A stretch of 64,000 bases of DNA from Sminthopsis crassicaudata. Taxonomy: Eukaryota. Within the stretch, counting starts at the first letter, position 1; each line of letters opens with the position of its first letter. The notes beneath the pieces are model-generated. The model did no database searches and was not told where the DNA came from. It worked only from the letters and a program-made list of their open reading frames with translations. The stretch lies in NCBI RefSeq assembly GCF_048593235.1, contig NC_133621.1, forward strand, positions 286,895,238 to 286,959,237, given 5' to 3'. Shown piece by piece: positions 1-12,990 of this stretch. A program made the position numbers and the translations under genes.

Positions 1-164
1 TAACCTATACCAGGTTTCCCGTAGTTTATAATATTATTTAGTTAATAATAATAGTAGTTCATAATACTATAAAATGAGGGGGTTGAACTAGATGACCTTT
101 ACCATGGTCTCTCCCAGCACCTAGGTCTCTGGGATTCAGTGACCTCATATCTAAATATATATTA

Positions 165-350
165 TTGATTTGAAGTTGGAAGGGGATCTTAAAAGTCCAT
201 CTTAAAAGTCTTCCATTACAAATGAGGAAACTAAGGTCCAATGTAGATTAAGTAATTTTCCTAACACCATGAACATATATCAAAAGCAGGATAAGAATCT
301 AGCTCCTCTGTCTCTGGAGTCAGTGATATTTCTCCTGAACAACACTGGAT
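165..350 (-). mobile_element. MIR-family CORE-SINE fragment
   Basis: Reverse CORE motif 'acaaatgaggaaactaagg' with MIR3-like 'gaagttggaagggatctt' context. Confidence 0.6.
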
Positions 351-439
351 TATACATCCCCAAGAGTCCTTGCAATTAATTCTAAGATATTTCCTTCTGT
401 ATGATGCTTCCTTGTTAGACCACAGTTGAAGACTCGGCT

Positions 440-772
440 CAGTGATTCAAGGCAATTCCAATACACTTGTGATAGAAAGTGCCATCTGCATCCAGAGAGG
501 GAACTATGGAGATTAAATGTGGATCAAAGGATAGTATTTTCACCTTTTTGTTGTGGTTGTTTACTTGTTATTTTTTCTTGTGCTTTTTTCCCTTCCTATT
601 TGATTTTTCTTGCACAGCATGACGAATATAAAAATGTGTTTAGAAGAATTGCACATGTTTTAACTTATAATATAGTGTTTGCTGTCTTAGGGAAAGGGGA
701 GGGAGGGAAAGAGGTGAATGATGAAAGCCATCTTTGTATGTATTTAGAAAAATAAAATTCTATTAAAATTGA
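440..772 (+). mobile_element. Marsupial L1 3' UTR fragment
   Basis: 'gcatccagagagggaactatgga...gcacagcatgac...gcacatgtttaac...gggagggaaagag...gaaaaataaaa'; homologous to the L1 ends at 22.2 and 26.6 kb. Confidence 0.8.
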
Positions 773-1012
773 TTATCTTGTCAGCATAAGTATTCTCTAC
801 AATGATAAATCTTTTCAACACCTACCCATCTATGCCGAGAAGGAATATGTTAAGAAATTAAAAGGTGATGTAACAACAAAAGCTATCAACAAAGCATTTT
901 TAAGAAAGCAAAGCCATCATCATACTCATATTCAGCAAGATAACCAGTAACGTAACAAGCAATCTTTTCTGTGGTCCTGCCTTGGCCAAGCCAGACCACC
1001 AGAAGTGGGTAC

Positions 1013-1169
1013 CTGCTCATTGACCCTGGAATGTGAAGGTCCATGATGGATCAGAATCTTGACAATCTCCACATCTCCCTTCCATGCAGCAAGGTGTATA
1101 GGAAAATAGCCCTTGTTGTCAGCTACATTAGTTGAGGCCTCATATTGAAGCAGTTTGAGCACTATATCC
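1013..1169 (-). CDS. ANKS1B: ANKS1B coding exon 3 (ankyrin repeats; (K)[52 protein letters not shown])
   Basis: Translation matches the mammalian ANKS1B/AIDA-1/EB-1 N-terminal ankyrin sequence as recalled. Acceptor ttttcaccag|G (AG at 1171-1170) and donor CAG|GTACCC (GT at 1012-1011). 157 nt = 1 nt + 52 codons, phase-compatible with exon 2. Confidence 0.96.
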
Positions 1170-3489
1170 CTGGTGAAAAAGAAAGAATACAGGACAGAAG
1201 AAAAATGAGAGACAATGAAATTATCCCAAAAAGGGCAGTTAGTTTTTCTTGAAGAGTTGACAACTTAAACCAATATTGAGTTACTTCTTAGTGACTCTAA
1301 ATTGTACACTTTGAAACTCGGGCTCAAGGATCATCAGCTCAGCCAATTTTCATACGTCAACACAACTGAGAGTTTGAGTAAATTACCAATGTGTCATTAA
1401 AGAAGAAATCCATTTGATTAATGAGATTTGATTAATTTATTTGACTGACTCAAATAGAAAGGCTCACCCTTCCTCAAAGTCACAGTTCAGAATTTTAACT
1501 TCTGAGGCACTGTGATTCTGATCTGCTCCCGCTTTCCTTTTCCTGCCAATTTTCTTTTCTGCACTGGTTGACCTCTCACTGAATTCTGGAGAAATATCTG
1601 TTGTGAGAGCAGATGCCATATGGAAGACTCAAATTTTAAGTATATACTAAGATGCATTTAGGGATCATTCATGGACATCATTCATGGACAGAACAAGGAG
1701 TGAAGATGTTTGCAGAGATGGGACAGAGAACATAAGAGAAAGGGAAGTTGGATTGGTTAACTACAAAGGACAAGTCAGGAGACAACTACCACCCACAAAA
1801 TAGAATCAAAGATCTCAAGGCTCAAAGAGACCTTAAGAAGTCATCTAGCCCAGCATCTTTATCTTATGAAGTGACACTCGAGGACCCAAGGTTGAAGTGA
1901 CTTGCCCAAAGTCACCTAGATAGATAGTTTCTGTATAGAAAGGGAAAAGCACGATGCCAAAGAGTGGAGATGTAAAAATACAAACAAGATGATCTCTATC
2001 CTAGAGGAGCTTATGTTCTAATAAGGAAAATGATGTGCATAAGAAAGTGGTGGTCAGTGAGGTGTTAAGACAAAGAAGGCAGGGTAAATGGGACTGGAAT
2101 CCCAAGGCATGGAATTATGAGGAATAGTAGTATTGATTTACTATAATCAGAGTTTGAAATATTTGGTGGGAGATGTGCAGGGGAGAGATATAATCATGAT
2201 GAGCCTGAGACCAGACTAGATAAGGTGAATGTTGACTAATCAGAGGCACACAGGAGTGGAGTTGTAACTTCTAGTGGATGGAAGTGGAAGCTGATTAGAG
2301 TACAATACTGACATGGCTGATTGATTAGGAGGAACTAGAATTGGAAGATGTGTTGACTCCCCATCTCAAGCTCTTTCAATCTTCCCAATCATTTCCCCAA
2401 CAAATATACAGATCCCTGGGAATGATCCACCTTCTCCATCTACTTCCTAATCAGAGATATAGTTTTAAGAGACATGGATATGCAAGAAAATTCTCCTACC
2501 ACCTCCCCCACTCATATCTACTACTTCTTTGGGTTCTTCCAGGTGTTTGCTTTGAGACCTCAGGAATCAACCAATTCAATTCTCATCATTTTAGAGATAA
2601 TTAAAGTGTGGCCCAAAATGACTCATCCAAGGTAAAATAGATAAAATAAGGAATCTGGAAGGGGAAAAGATATCAGATGCCATGTAATCCAACTCTCTTA
2701 ATTTAGAAGAGAGGAAAGTGAGTCATAGAGAATGACCATACCAATATTGAAGAGCAGAAGCAGAATGTGAACCAAGATTTTTTGCCTCTAGAGTTCATGA
2801 TCTTTCCCTTCTTGAGGAGTAATGAATTAAAATTCTCTCTTCCCATAACAAATAGCTTTAAGAAAAATTAATCTGAAGTGTCTGCCTTAAATTTGTTTTC
2901 AATTAAAAAAAATTTAACTATTTGCATCCCATGAGCTTCAAATGATTTTGAATCACTCAGTCTGACTTAAAGGGCTAATTCAATTCACTACAGAATGGAT
3001 CCACTAAGTGGACCTGAGAATAAAGAAGCTTAGTTTCTCAACACATATATCCAATTAGTTAATCATACTATTTTCCCAGATTTTAATTGGGTTGTATGAT
3101 CCAATAATGGCACATGGTGATAATCTGCATGAGAAAATTTAGGTTCACCATCTGAAGGACTATTCTTCCTAAAATTAACACTATGTAGGAAAAGTATATG
3201 ACAAATGTTTTGACAGTTGGAGAAATGAACAGTTTGTCATATAGAGATCATATTTCTTGTACTTGAAATCTGCACTAAGATAAATAGAAATTCAAGAAGA
3301 ATAGTTCCTCATCATAAAAAGCAGTATCACTGAAGCACAACACAGGACTAATTATCAATTTCACATCCAATATCATACCTCATTCATTCAATTCACTAAA
3401 TTTTGGGAAAATTTCATGAAAAGACATTGAAGTAATATCCATGAAATATTCAGGGATCCTCAATTTCCTACTGACCAGATGTCAGAGAA

Positions 3490-3660
3490 GGAAGTTTAAA
3501 TGGAATTTACAAGGAGAAAACTTTAAGTTTAGTGCAAGGGGAAAATTCTAACAATTAAAATTATCCAAGATTGAAATAGACAGCTTAAGGATCTAAAAAC
3601 TTTAATCTTTCTGAAGGTCTTCAAGCAAAGGCTGCTAGCCACTTTTCAGTAATTTTTGCT
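3490..3660 (+). mobile_element. L3/CR1-type 3' end remnant
   Basis: Degenerate 'ggaaaattctaacaattaaaattatccaa...gaaggtcttcaagcaaaggctg' resembles the CR1/L3 3' consensus. Confidence 0.45.
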
Positions 3661-5061
3661 AACCCCTTAGCATAAATTAAAAAAAAAAAAAAAAGGATTC
3701 CTGGCCATGTATGAGTAGAGTGAGATAGCCTATAAGAAAACTTCTAAATCACTGGTCCAGTGATTTTGCAACAGAATAGATCATATTTTAGCCATTACCC
3801 CTGAAAAATGCCCTCCACAAATAAAGAATGTATCACTTTACAAAGAGGAAAATAAATGGACAAAATGTCTTTTAAAAATTCAAATAATTTTGAGCTAAAA
3901 GAAATATAGAGGTTATATGGTTCAACATTCTATCCTCCATAAGAATATCTTACAAAGCTTTTCAAGAACCTTTGTTCATCTTTTTCTACATAGTATTTCT
4001 ACATTGCATACCCCTCCAAAAATGGCTCACTGTCAAATGCAGAGCCCGTTCCATTGCTAGGCAACTCTAATTAGAAAAATCCCTCCATTATCTGTAAAGG
4101 CATCTTGGAATAAGGGACAGAGGGCTTGACAGCAAGTCAGAACCAAAGGCACACAGTGCTTCTTTGCCAGCTGTCTATAAGAATATTGCAAATTTCTTCA
4201 GTGAAAAGCATTTCTCCAGCATGGAGATCACTACAAAAGTATTAAATTTCTTTCTTTACTCAAAAAAATGGTGGGGCTAATATAAATTTTTTTACATAAG
4301 AAAAGTTACTCCCTAGTAAAAACAGATTTAGTTAATAAGTTGGATAGAAAAAAGGGCAGGAAAAAAGGTAGCCTAAAACTACCATGCATGTTATTATTTT
4401 CCTCATTCCATATGATTGTGCAACTGGGTTTGAAGTATCAGAACATTTATTTGGACAACTATAATTTATTTCCACTTTTTTGACTGGGTGAAGAATATAT
4501 TGACATTCACTGAACTCTGCTCCTTCTAACTAGGAAAGAAAGAAGGAGAGATGGGATACTCATTTTTCTTCATTTGTTTCTCCCAGCATCCTTAAGAGCA
4601 TGATTCTAGAAGAATAATGATAAAAAATGCTACCCATTATCTGACAGATGACAAGCATAACATATAAAATAGGACATGTTTCTAGACATTATCAAAGTGG
4701 GAATTTGTCTTGCTTATCTCTACATATTTCTTCCAAGAGTTTCATTGCTCTTGGTTTCGTTTTTGTTCCCTCTCTCTTCCCACTGCTGGTCATGCAGAAA
4801 GAAAGGAGAGCAAAAATTCTTGTTCATTGGGAAAAAAAAGAATAAAACTTTAAAACCAAATCAAAAGTAGAGCATCAAAGAAATAGAGAATTTTAGACCT
4901 GAAGTGACCTCAGATGTCCTTTAATCCAACCTCTCATTTTAAAGATCAAGAAACTGGGGTCTAGAAAGTTTATGTGACTTAGTAAGGTCTCATAAGCTAG
5001 GTAATGATACAAGCTGGGTGCAGCAACTAAATATACTATAGCTACTCCCCTAAGGATCTCC

Positions 5062-5192
5062 ATTTATACTTTCATTCAGTTTTTGTAGATGTTTTCTAGC
5101 AGCTGATGTATTATGTGTTCCCAATTTATACTTTCATTCAGTTTTTGTAGATGTTTTCTAGCAGTTGATGTATTATGTGTTCCCAATTTATA
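5062..5192. repeat. 62-bp tandem duplication (2.1 copies)
   Basis: Unit 'atttatactttcattcag...gtgttccca' starts at 5062 and 5124; one substitution (agctg/agttg). Confidence 0.95.
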
Positions 5193-8100
5193 AGACTATT
5201 GAAATAATATACATGTTTTTGTAAATTTACCTTAGTGTTCTGACAAGTGCTAGCATGCCTATATCATACCCCATGTACATAGTTAAAGCAAGTGGGGAAA
5301 AAGTAAATCATGAAGCTGTATTCTCTGTATACTCTGATTCCAAAAACTTTTTCCTGTTTTTTTACTTTAAATGAGATTCTGGGCCTGGATCAGAAGATAG
5401 TGGCCTAGGCAGTGGTGACTGAGCTTGACTCCCTGGTATAAAATACATTTGCTAAAATTCAAATATCTTTACTTTTAAAAATTTATTCACTGCAATTCTT
5501 CATGGACTTCATGAACTTCTGTGGCCAGAAAATTCATCTCTTTGTAGAGATTAGAATCCATAAATACAACTTGGCTGCTCCTCAAATAATAATACATATA
5601 ATGCATCACTATTCTACATTCAGAGCATTCTCAGATTGGTAGGATCTGGAAACGTAAATCTTGAGCTGGACAGGAACCTAAGAGAATGTCTAGTCCAGTA
5701 TTCTTGTTTTAGATTTCAGGAAACTGGGGCCCAGAAAAGTAAAATGACTCATTCAACATCATACAGGTAGTAAATGAAAGAGCTACAATTTGAATGAAGA
5801 TTCTCAGACTCTAAATCGAATATTCAAACTTATGTGTCATGCTTAAGTTCTGCTGTTCCACTCTTGAATTATGGTTCAATTATTTCAATAGGACAAATTC
5901 AAACATTCTTATGAAATACAAATATATGGAATAAACTGAGTGAAGACGACCTCTCATGGGAATATGACCTTGAGACTTTGCAATAATAAGTTAAGCTGTT
6001 TGATTGTCTTGGATGGATAGTATTAGTACTTCTGTTTCCTACCACCTCTTAATTAGCATTTAAGTACTTCTTTTAAAGGCAGTGATGGCTTTGAGAATTC
6101 AGGTAACAGAATTCTCTCATCCAAGAATATCTGCTTGTATAGCAGTTCTCTAAGGAAAATTTAAGAGTTTTTATTTACTAATATGCTTTTCTTTCTGAAA
6201 TAGATTTCCACATTTAGAATGTAAGCCCATACTCCCCCAGACAATGGGAGAAAAGACTAGGGTGAGAATGGAGGTGGGGATTTCTGCATTCAGGGTCTAT
6301 TTAATCTTGTGTTTTGCAGTTTGTGCTTTGCACTCCTCTACTGACACCTTGTCTGTTGGGAGTTGCCCTTTTTCATAAGATCATAATAAATCCCTTTTTG
6401 TTTTTTCTTACCTAGAGCATCTCTGACTGTTTTATTGGTCACTACTGTCCCATTTGCAAACATATGATTTCTATTAATAAAATTCATTACCTACATCAAG
6501 GTAGTATCTATTCACCAGGCAATTAACTACAATAATTAATGTATAAACAGAAAGACAGTTTTTTCATTTCATTGTCCACATATATATTATTTCATTTGTA
6601 ATGAATATACCTTCTTAGAAGTAATTTATTACAAATATCTCTAGTTTATTAAAAGTATAATCAATTTTGCATGACACCCCAATTCTGCTTAGTAAATAAT
6701 TCCAGGGAAGTAAATAAACAAAATGAATTATTTGAAAAGTGCAATTATACAAAATACTTTATACCATTTTATTTTGTATCTTCCTGATAAATGATAAGCA
6801 GAGCAGTGCTCTAATTCTATAGTTTAAAACTAACCACTTAAAAGTCAGATATAAAGAGGACTAATTATTCAAATTATATCCAACTATAAACTATTCACTG
6901 TTTTTCCAGTATTCTGTCTTCTATATTCATTAAGTCCTCTTCCTTCATTTCTCATGCATGCCAAAGAAGTAAGCTGGGATTCTCAAAGGGTATACCCACA
7001 AATACCCTTTATAACAACATGGAAACATTCTGTGTAAAGGCACAGCAAAAAAGATGGCTATCATTTTCCAAGGACTTCTCCAGCTTGGAAATGAATGGTC
7101 TCATTGGTAAGCTGGCTATAAGCTGATGATGTTTTTTCAGCTACAATAACTCATAAAGGCACGGAGGGATTGCCTTCAGCATCATGGAAGAGACAACACC
7201 AATGAAATCTCAGATCTCTAGAGTTTGGTTTCCATCTTTTTCAATATAGAATTGCTTCAAAGCCAGGAAGTTTTGAATTTTGGTTTCTTCTTTCATACTT
7301 AGCACATGATCTTGGGCATATCTCTCAATTTCTGAGTACTCTAGGCAACTAAATTGCAGAGAAGATATACTGATAAAGGAAATATCCTCACTGGGGAGTT
7401 CCCTATAAAAATAAATCATTGACTCACTTCCTAGATCTATTTAAACCCTAGAAGACTACTGCAAAGTAGAGCTTTGAGTACAACCTCTTTATTTTTAAAG
7501 GACTTGAAGTCCTCTTGAAATCTCCTCCAGCCTTAATCCTCCTTGATCTATGATCTCAATCCTTACTTTGTAAATGATAGAACTGAAGTCCAAAACTATG
7601 AAAAGACCTACCCAGATCACACTTAAATTTGCCTTCATTCCCTGATGACTATAAATATACTTCAAACTAAAAAAGAACCCCACTTGTAACAAACTATGGA
7701 ATTCTAATCTATTGGTTGCTCAAATTCAATAGTAAGACTTTCTGTAATTAAATGGTCAGTGCTACAAAGCCTCATTTTCCTCCAGTCTTCCCTGCTGAGA
7801 ATTTGTCTAGAGAGCAATAAAATGAATATTCTTTCTTCTGAAGGAGTACAAAAGTCAAAAGAATGAACATTTTCAGTCTTGACCAAGGAACTTTGTCATT
7901 TTCTTGAAAACTATGCTTCCCTTTAATGGATATATCATTGGGAAAATTCCCCAGCAGAACCAAGAAAAGACTTTAAGTCAATACATTCTGTGATCTAACT
8001 AATGTTACTATAGATAACTCAGTTACCTTCAGGTTACTCAAGGTTAAAGGATTTTTTTTTTCCTCAAGGGAGTACTAATTAGTTAACATCCACTGTCTGA

Positions 8101-9368
8101 AAAAAAAAAAAAGAGGTTTTTATATCAAAGTGATTTTCGCATTACAAAAAAAGAGCAACTTTCAAGCCAAAAATCACAAATCCTTATAAAGGAAACACTA
8201 CTCATGCTGTACAGGAAAACACAGGGATAGGACAAGTAAATAACAAGACATTTTAGCTATCAAGAATCAGGAAGTCATTTGAATCAATTATCTCCAAAAC
8301 AGATAATGACAGCTGGAGGAGGAGGGGCACACTAAGATTGTATTCTCTAAAGGTAAATACTGGGAGAAAGAGTAGTGGAAAATCCCTCAGAAATATTTCA
8401 AATCAAATAATGATAATTACACATATTCTGACTGGAAAGCATCTTAATTTTCTGCTGACATTTTTCTAAAGAAAATACAAGAAACATGGACCTCTAGAGT
8501 TTTATAAAGCCTGACTTTCTCTCCAAAATAAGGAGAAATATTATGATACAAATGGAAAAAGGATGAAATTAAGCACAAATACATGAATATTGATTAATAT
8601 TATAGGGGGGAAAGAAGAGAAAACATAAACAACTGAGTTGTATTTGAAATAAGACTAAAAGATTCAAATTTAAGTCAGTTTTATTTTTCCTCAACAAGAA
8701 TCTAAGAAATCTGGTTACAAGCAAAATACAAATGATAACCTACTTATTTAGATCTGCTTTTGTTTACTTCTGATTCAAATTTAAATCTTTTTGTTCTTTT
8801 CTTACTTTCTAATAAGAGTTGATTTCTGGCTGAGCACATGCTTTCCTCTAAGCCAATACATTTTTTTTCTTGCATTTATGGTTCATAAGTCTTTTTAATG
8901 GCCCTGGAAATTATCAAAACAATTATTCAGAAAGGACTAACTTTTCTCTCACACAGTGGTATTGGATCAGGAGCTGTTAGTATTCTGGACAACTCCCATG
9001 CCAAGAAACTAGAAGCTTCAAGAGCATAGGATGAGAAAAAAATGTGAACCTGTAGTGTGAAGAATGTGGATTAGCTTTTAGGGCAAACTTTTTCTGCCCA
9101 AAGCAAAAGCTTGAACTATGTGACTTCTTCACATTTTTTCCAGTTCTAGGAATCGTATTATTCCAAATCTGGTGATCATAATATCCTGTATTAACAGCAC
9201 AAAGCAGATGGCTACAACAGAGAAAAACGATGGAGATGAGTTTTTGTGCTGAATGCCAAGACTTCCTTCAGGGAGGAAAAATGTATTATAGTCAATTATC
9301 AATTATCTCTGTGAGAATGAGAGAAGCAAATATAAAGACAATCCAAAAATCATTCTTATTTGGCTTTG

Positions 9369-9370
<2 letters not shown>

Positions 9371-9436
<66 letters not shown>
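9371..9436. repeat. (AT)n microsatellite
   Basis: Perfect AT run of about 33 units. Confidence 0.98.
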
Positions 9437-9439
<3 letters not shown>

Positions 9440-10048
9440 TTATAGCACATTTTCTATTTTAATTATTTCTTCCGGAAATGTGACCCTATTAAAACTGGCA
9501 TGTTCTCACATCACAATAATAAAAACTCTGAAGATTGGTAAAAGTCGATATTTGTATAGTACTTCAATTTTGCAAAGGGTCTTATAGATATTAGTCCATT
9601 TGAGCATTACAATAATCCCATGAGGTAGATGGTGTGAGTTTTATTACTCCCATCTTAGAGATGAGAAATCTATTAATATGAGGAAGAAGACAAGAAGCAT
9701 GGTAGCTTACAGAGAAAAGCCAACCTCAGGTTAATTTTTAAACACTGTGCATAAGCTCATAAAGTAGATGATCTGTGTATGGAAAATCTATAACTCTATA
9801 AATAAAACAATTTAAAATCAATGTGTTCAGCAATTGCTACTTACCGAATAGTATACATGAACAGTAACAAAACAAAGATTCACTAACTCTTTCACTGGGA
9901 CCACAGAAATAATCTAGCCCAATCTCCTTCCCCATTTTACAGCTGAGGAAACTTAGATCTAGAGGAGTTAGATATCTTATCCAAGGCCACTTTTTAACTT
10001 CTGGAAGAGATGGAATTAGGACCATTCTAGTATATCATTCTAGTATGT

Positions 10049-10184
10049 TCATTCTAGTATATCATTTTGTCATTATATGAGTGAAGAAAAAGTTACAATA
10101 GAAAATATTTTTACAATTGTAAAAATATTTTCTATTGTAACTTTTTCTTCACTCATATAATGACAAAATGATATACTAGAATGA
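10049..10184. repeat. 136-bp perfect palindrome (68-bp arms, no spacer)
   Basis: Base-by-base complementarity around centre 10116/10117 (ttacaa|ttgtaa). Confidence 0.97.
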
Positions 10185-12354
10185 TATATATCACATATTG
10201 CTGGTTATTTTTTAATTGTTCTAAAGTTAATTTAAGTAGTCATCATAAACACTGCCAACATGAACTGAAAGGCTAGAGGAAAGGATAATGGAAGTATAAT
10301 TTAAAAAAAAAAAACTCAGAACAAGGAGAATCTTGATCCAAGTCTCAGTGCTATAATTTAATACATGAAATTTTGGAGATATAGAGCTTTGGAGAAGTAT
10401 CTTTCCATCTCTGAGCCTTGGTTTCCTCACCTGTATAAGAAGGATGATCATACTCATGTATCTTTCCTTGGGAGACAGCTTGGCATAGTAGAGAGAGTCA
10501 AATGACTGGAGTTTAAGTCTGATATATACTCACTATGGGATCTACAGGATCTGGCAAGTCACTTAATCTCTTAGTATATGGGGCATCTTACAACTTAGAA
10601 TCCTAAAATTATTAGCTTCAGCACTGGTAAAAGAAATTTACCCTCCAGAAATATTAAATATTTTTGAAATCATAAGATTATTATGAGGAAAGTGATTTTA
10701 AGCTCCAAAGCACTACAGGAAGACAATTAGTATTTGTCCTTACCTCCCCAGGTTTGGGGTTTGCACCAGGACACTGACCAAAGTCTTGCTTTATATCTTC
10801 ATTTAAACAAAGGTAAAACAAGAATGTGGTTAGTCTTTCTCATACAAAACTTAACAGGTAAAATGTTCATGTCCAGTTGAGATAAGATGACAGAGATCAA
10901 CAGTCAATATGGGCAGGAGGAAGCTGTTCTGCCTATTTGTCCCATCAAAGCTTTCCCACACAGCAGGAAATGAGCAATGTAGACTCTATCCAAAAGGTAT
11001 CATGAAGAGAATTCTATGGGATTGAAAGGATCAAACTTCTTAGCCCTATCTAATTTGGCTTCATTCCCATAGGTCCAGATACAAACAAGGAATAAAATAA
11101 AACTCTGCTCAGAAAAAAAAATGCCAGCAGTGAGTGATTGATTAGGTAGGAGAAAGAATGAAGGGAATTATACAACAGACCATTTTTTCCCTCTGAAAGG
11201 ATGAAAGTGACAGGCAAAACTGCAAGTTGAAAATCCAATATTTAGGGACAAAATACAGAAAAGTGAGTTAAGAATAAAATTCAGGATAAAACATCTAGCT
11301 ACAAGGAAACTAATGTTAGCTCACTACAATTATAGGAAGGAATATATAGACCAGCAGAGCATTGTGTACCAAAGCACAGCAGAGTCAGAAAAACCTGACT
11401 TCAAATACTGTTTCTTATATCTACTCTCTTGGGCTCAGGCAGTTAACATTATATTGCTGATCAGCATTGGAGGAGAACAGTTCTACACAAACAGGCTCCA
11501 CATGGTTTAAATCATGTGATGATTATTGCGTTGATGTGTAGAACACAGCCGATCTACTAATCAATAACTCAAGAAAAATAATCTTTGAGCGTCCAAAGTA
11601 AACCTCCCCCTTCCCACACATGTCCAAAACCAATGGCGAATGGTCTAAATGCTCAGTGATTCACTTTTCAAAGAATCACAGACATTGGAGCAGTAAATAA
11701 CCCACAATGGTCATGTCTACACAAGAAGACTGAAGTGGGGCATTGCACCATTATCTGAGAAATTCAGAAATCTTAATTTAACTCATTTGCATCATTCAGG
11801 CAAAAGAAAGATTCCACCACCCCCCACTCCCAACTTTTAATCATCTAAGTGATTGCTCCACAACATCTCAGCTCTACTTTGACTCACAAATCATTACACC
11901 ACTGAGACAAGTCCCTGGGAACATAAAAACATAGAATCATAGATTTAAAGGAATATCTCAGACCATCAAGACTAATGCTCTCATTCTGCAAATGAGGAAA
12001 ATAAGACACAGAGATGTTAAATCATTTGTCTCTGATTACACAATTATACGTATCCAAAGTAATAAAGAAATCCAAGTATTCCTGACCCAGTTGGGTAACA
12101 TGCTGCTGCTGAAGGAGTGCATGTGTTAAGCCTAGATGCCCCTAACATTCTGGGGCTGTGGGAAGAGAGCCCTTGTTCTATCCAGCCCCACCCCATTGCT
12201 CTGAAACATGAAATAGCGATGACAGCAGAGAAGCCATTGGCCAAGTGCAAAGAATTGTGAAAGAAAATGTTCATGCAGTCTCTTAAGGAGAATTTTATAA
12301 GCTATCATTCCCATATTTTTTCCTGAAAGGATACAAAAGCTAGAAGTGAAAGAT

Positions 12355-12555
12355 TTCATAGGGTTATAAATTTAGAACTAGAAGGGACTCTACAGGTCAT
12401 CCAGCCCAACTCCCTTACTTCACAGAGGAGGAAATTGAGATTCAGACAGGTTAAGATGCATTGACTGAGGTTATACAGATATTAAGTGGCAAAGTCAGGA
12501 ATCAAATCCAGGTCTTTTAAACTCTAAATCCAGGGTACATGCCATTATAGCTTCT
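12355..12555 (-). mobile_element. MIR3/MIR CORE-SINE
   Basis: 'ataaatttagaactagaagggactctacaggtcatccagcccaac...cagaggaggaaattgagattcagacaggttaag...caaatccaggtc'. Confidence 0.75.
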
Positions 12556-12880
12556 CTATCTGATAAGCTCTGAAAGCCGCTCCTTGCTTCCTCCCTCCCC
12601 CTGCTCTAGAGGATGATGTTTAATAGCTTAGAATACCTTTGGCTCTTTTGTACTTGGCAGGAACCCCACACGGGGTGTCCAAGAACAATATCTGGTTGCT
12701 TCCAAACGGTTAATGCAGTTACCTAGCAGCCTTTCCAAATTCACTGTCCCCAGCACAGTGACCACAAGCCTCAAGGGACAGATGGCCTCTTTCATGCATC
12801 TACCCTGAGTGAATCAACTTCATTATCTGCAACTAAATACAAGAAGAAGACCAGTGGCAGTCTGAATAAGCGGCACTTAC

Positions 12881-12961
12881 TTATGTCCATTTAAAGCTGC
12901 ATGGTGCAAAGCAGTGTAACCCGAACTGTCTGTGCAGTTCACATTGGGACCTCGCCAGATG
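12881..12961 (-). CDS. ANKS1B: ANKS1B coding exon 2 ((S)[26 protein letters not shown](K))
   Basis: Ankyrin motif [13 protein letters not shown]. Acceptor tttattcgcag|C and consensus donor AA|GTAAGT (12880-12875). 81 nt, phase 2-2; AA+G joined to exon 3 gives Lys. Confidence 0.96.
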   Translation of the reverse strand, partial: HLARSQCELHRQFGLHCFAPCSFKWT

Positions 12962-12985
12962 CTGCGAATAAAGCAGAGGTGCAGA

Positions 12986-12990
12986 GTTAG
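12986..12990 (-). promoter_or_regulatory. Branch point CTAAC for the exon 2 acceptor
   Basis: Minus strand reads tggCTAACtctgc; branch A at 12987 is 26 nt upstream of the exon start. Confidence 0.6.

Larger units (their letters stand above)
1170..12880 (-). other. ANKS1B: ANKS1B intron 2 (11,711 bp, GT-AG)
   Basis: Bounded by the exon 2 donor and exon 3 acceptor; the reading frame is continuous after splicing. Confidence 0.92.

Noticed and set aside
6220-6462. LTR-like segment (TG start, AATAAA, CA end)
   Set aside because: The start overlaps a typical L2/MIR tail motif (ttagaatgtaagc) and no TSD was found.
9230-9587. ORFs with YI repeats (also 15260-15538 ER/SL repeats, 54084-54517, 59406-59651, 63124-63357)
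   Set aside because: Translations of (AT)n, (AG)n or poly-T microsatellites; no coding signal.
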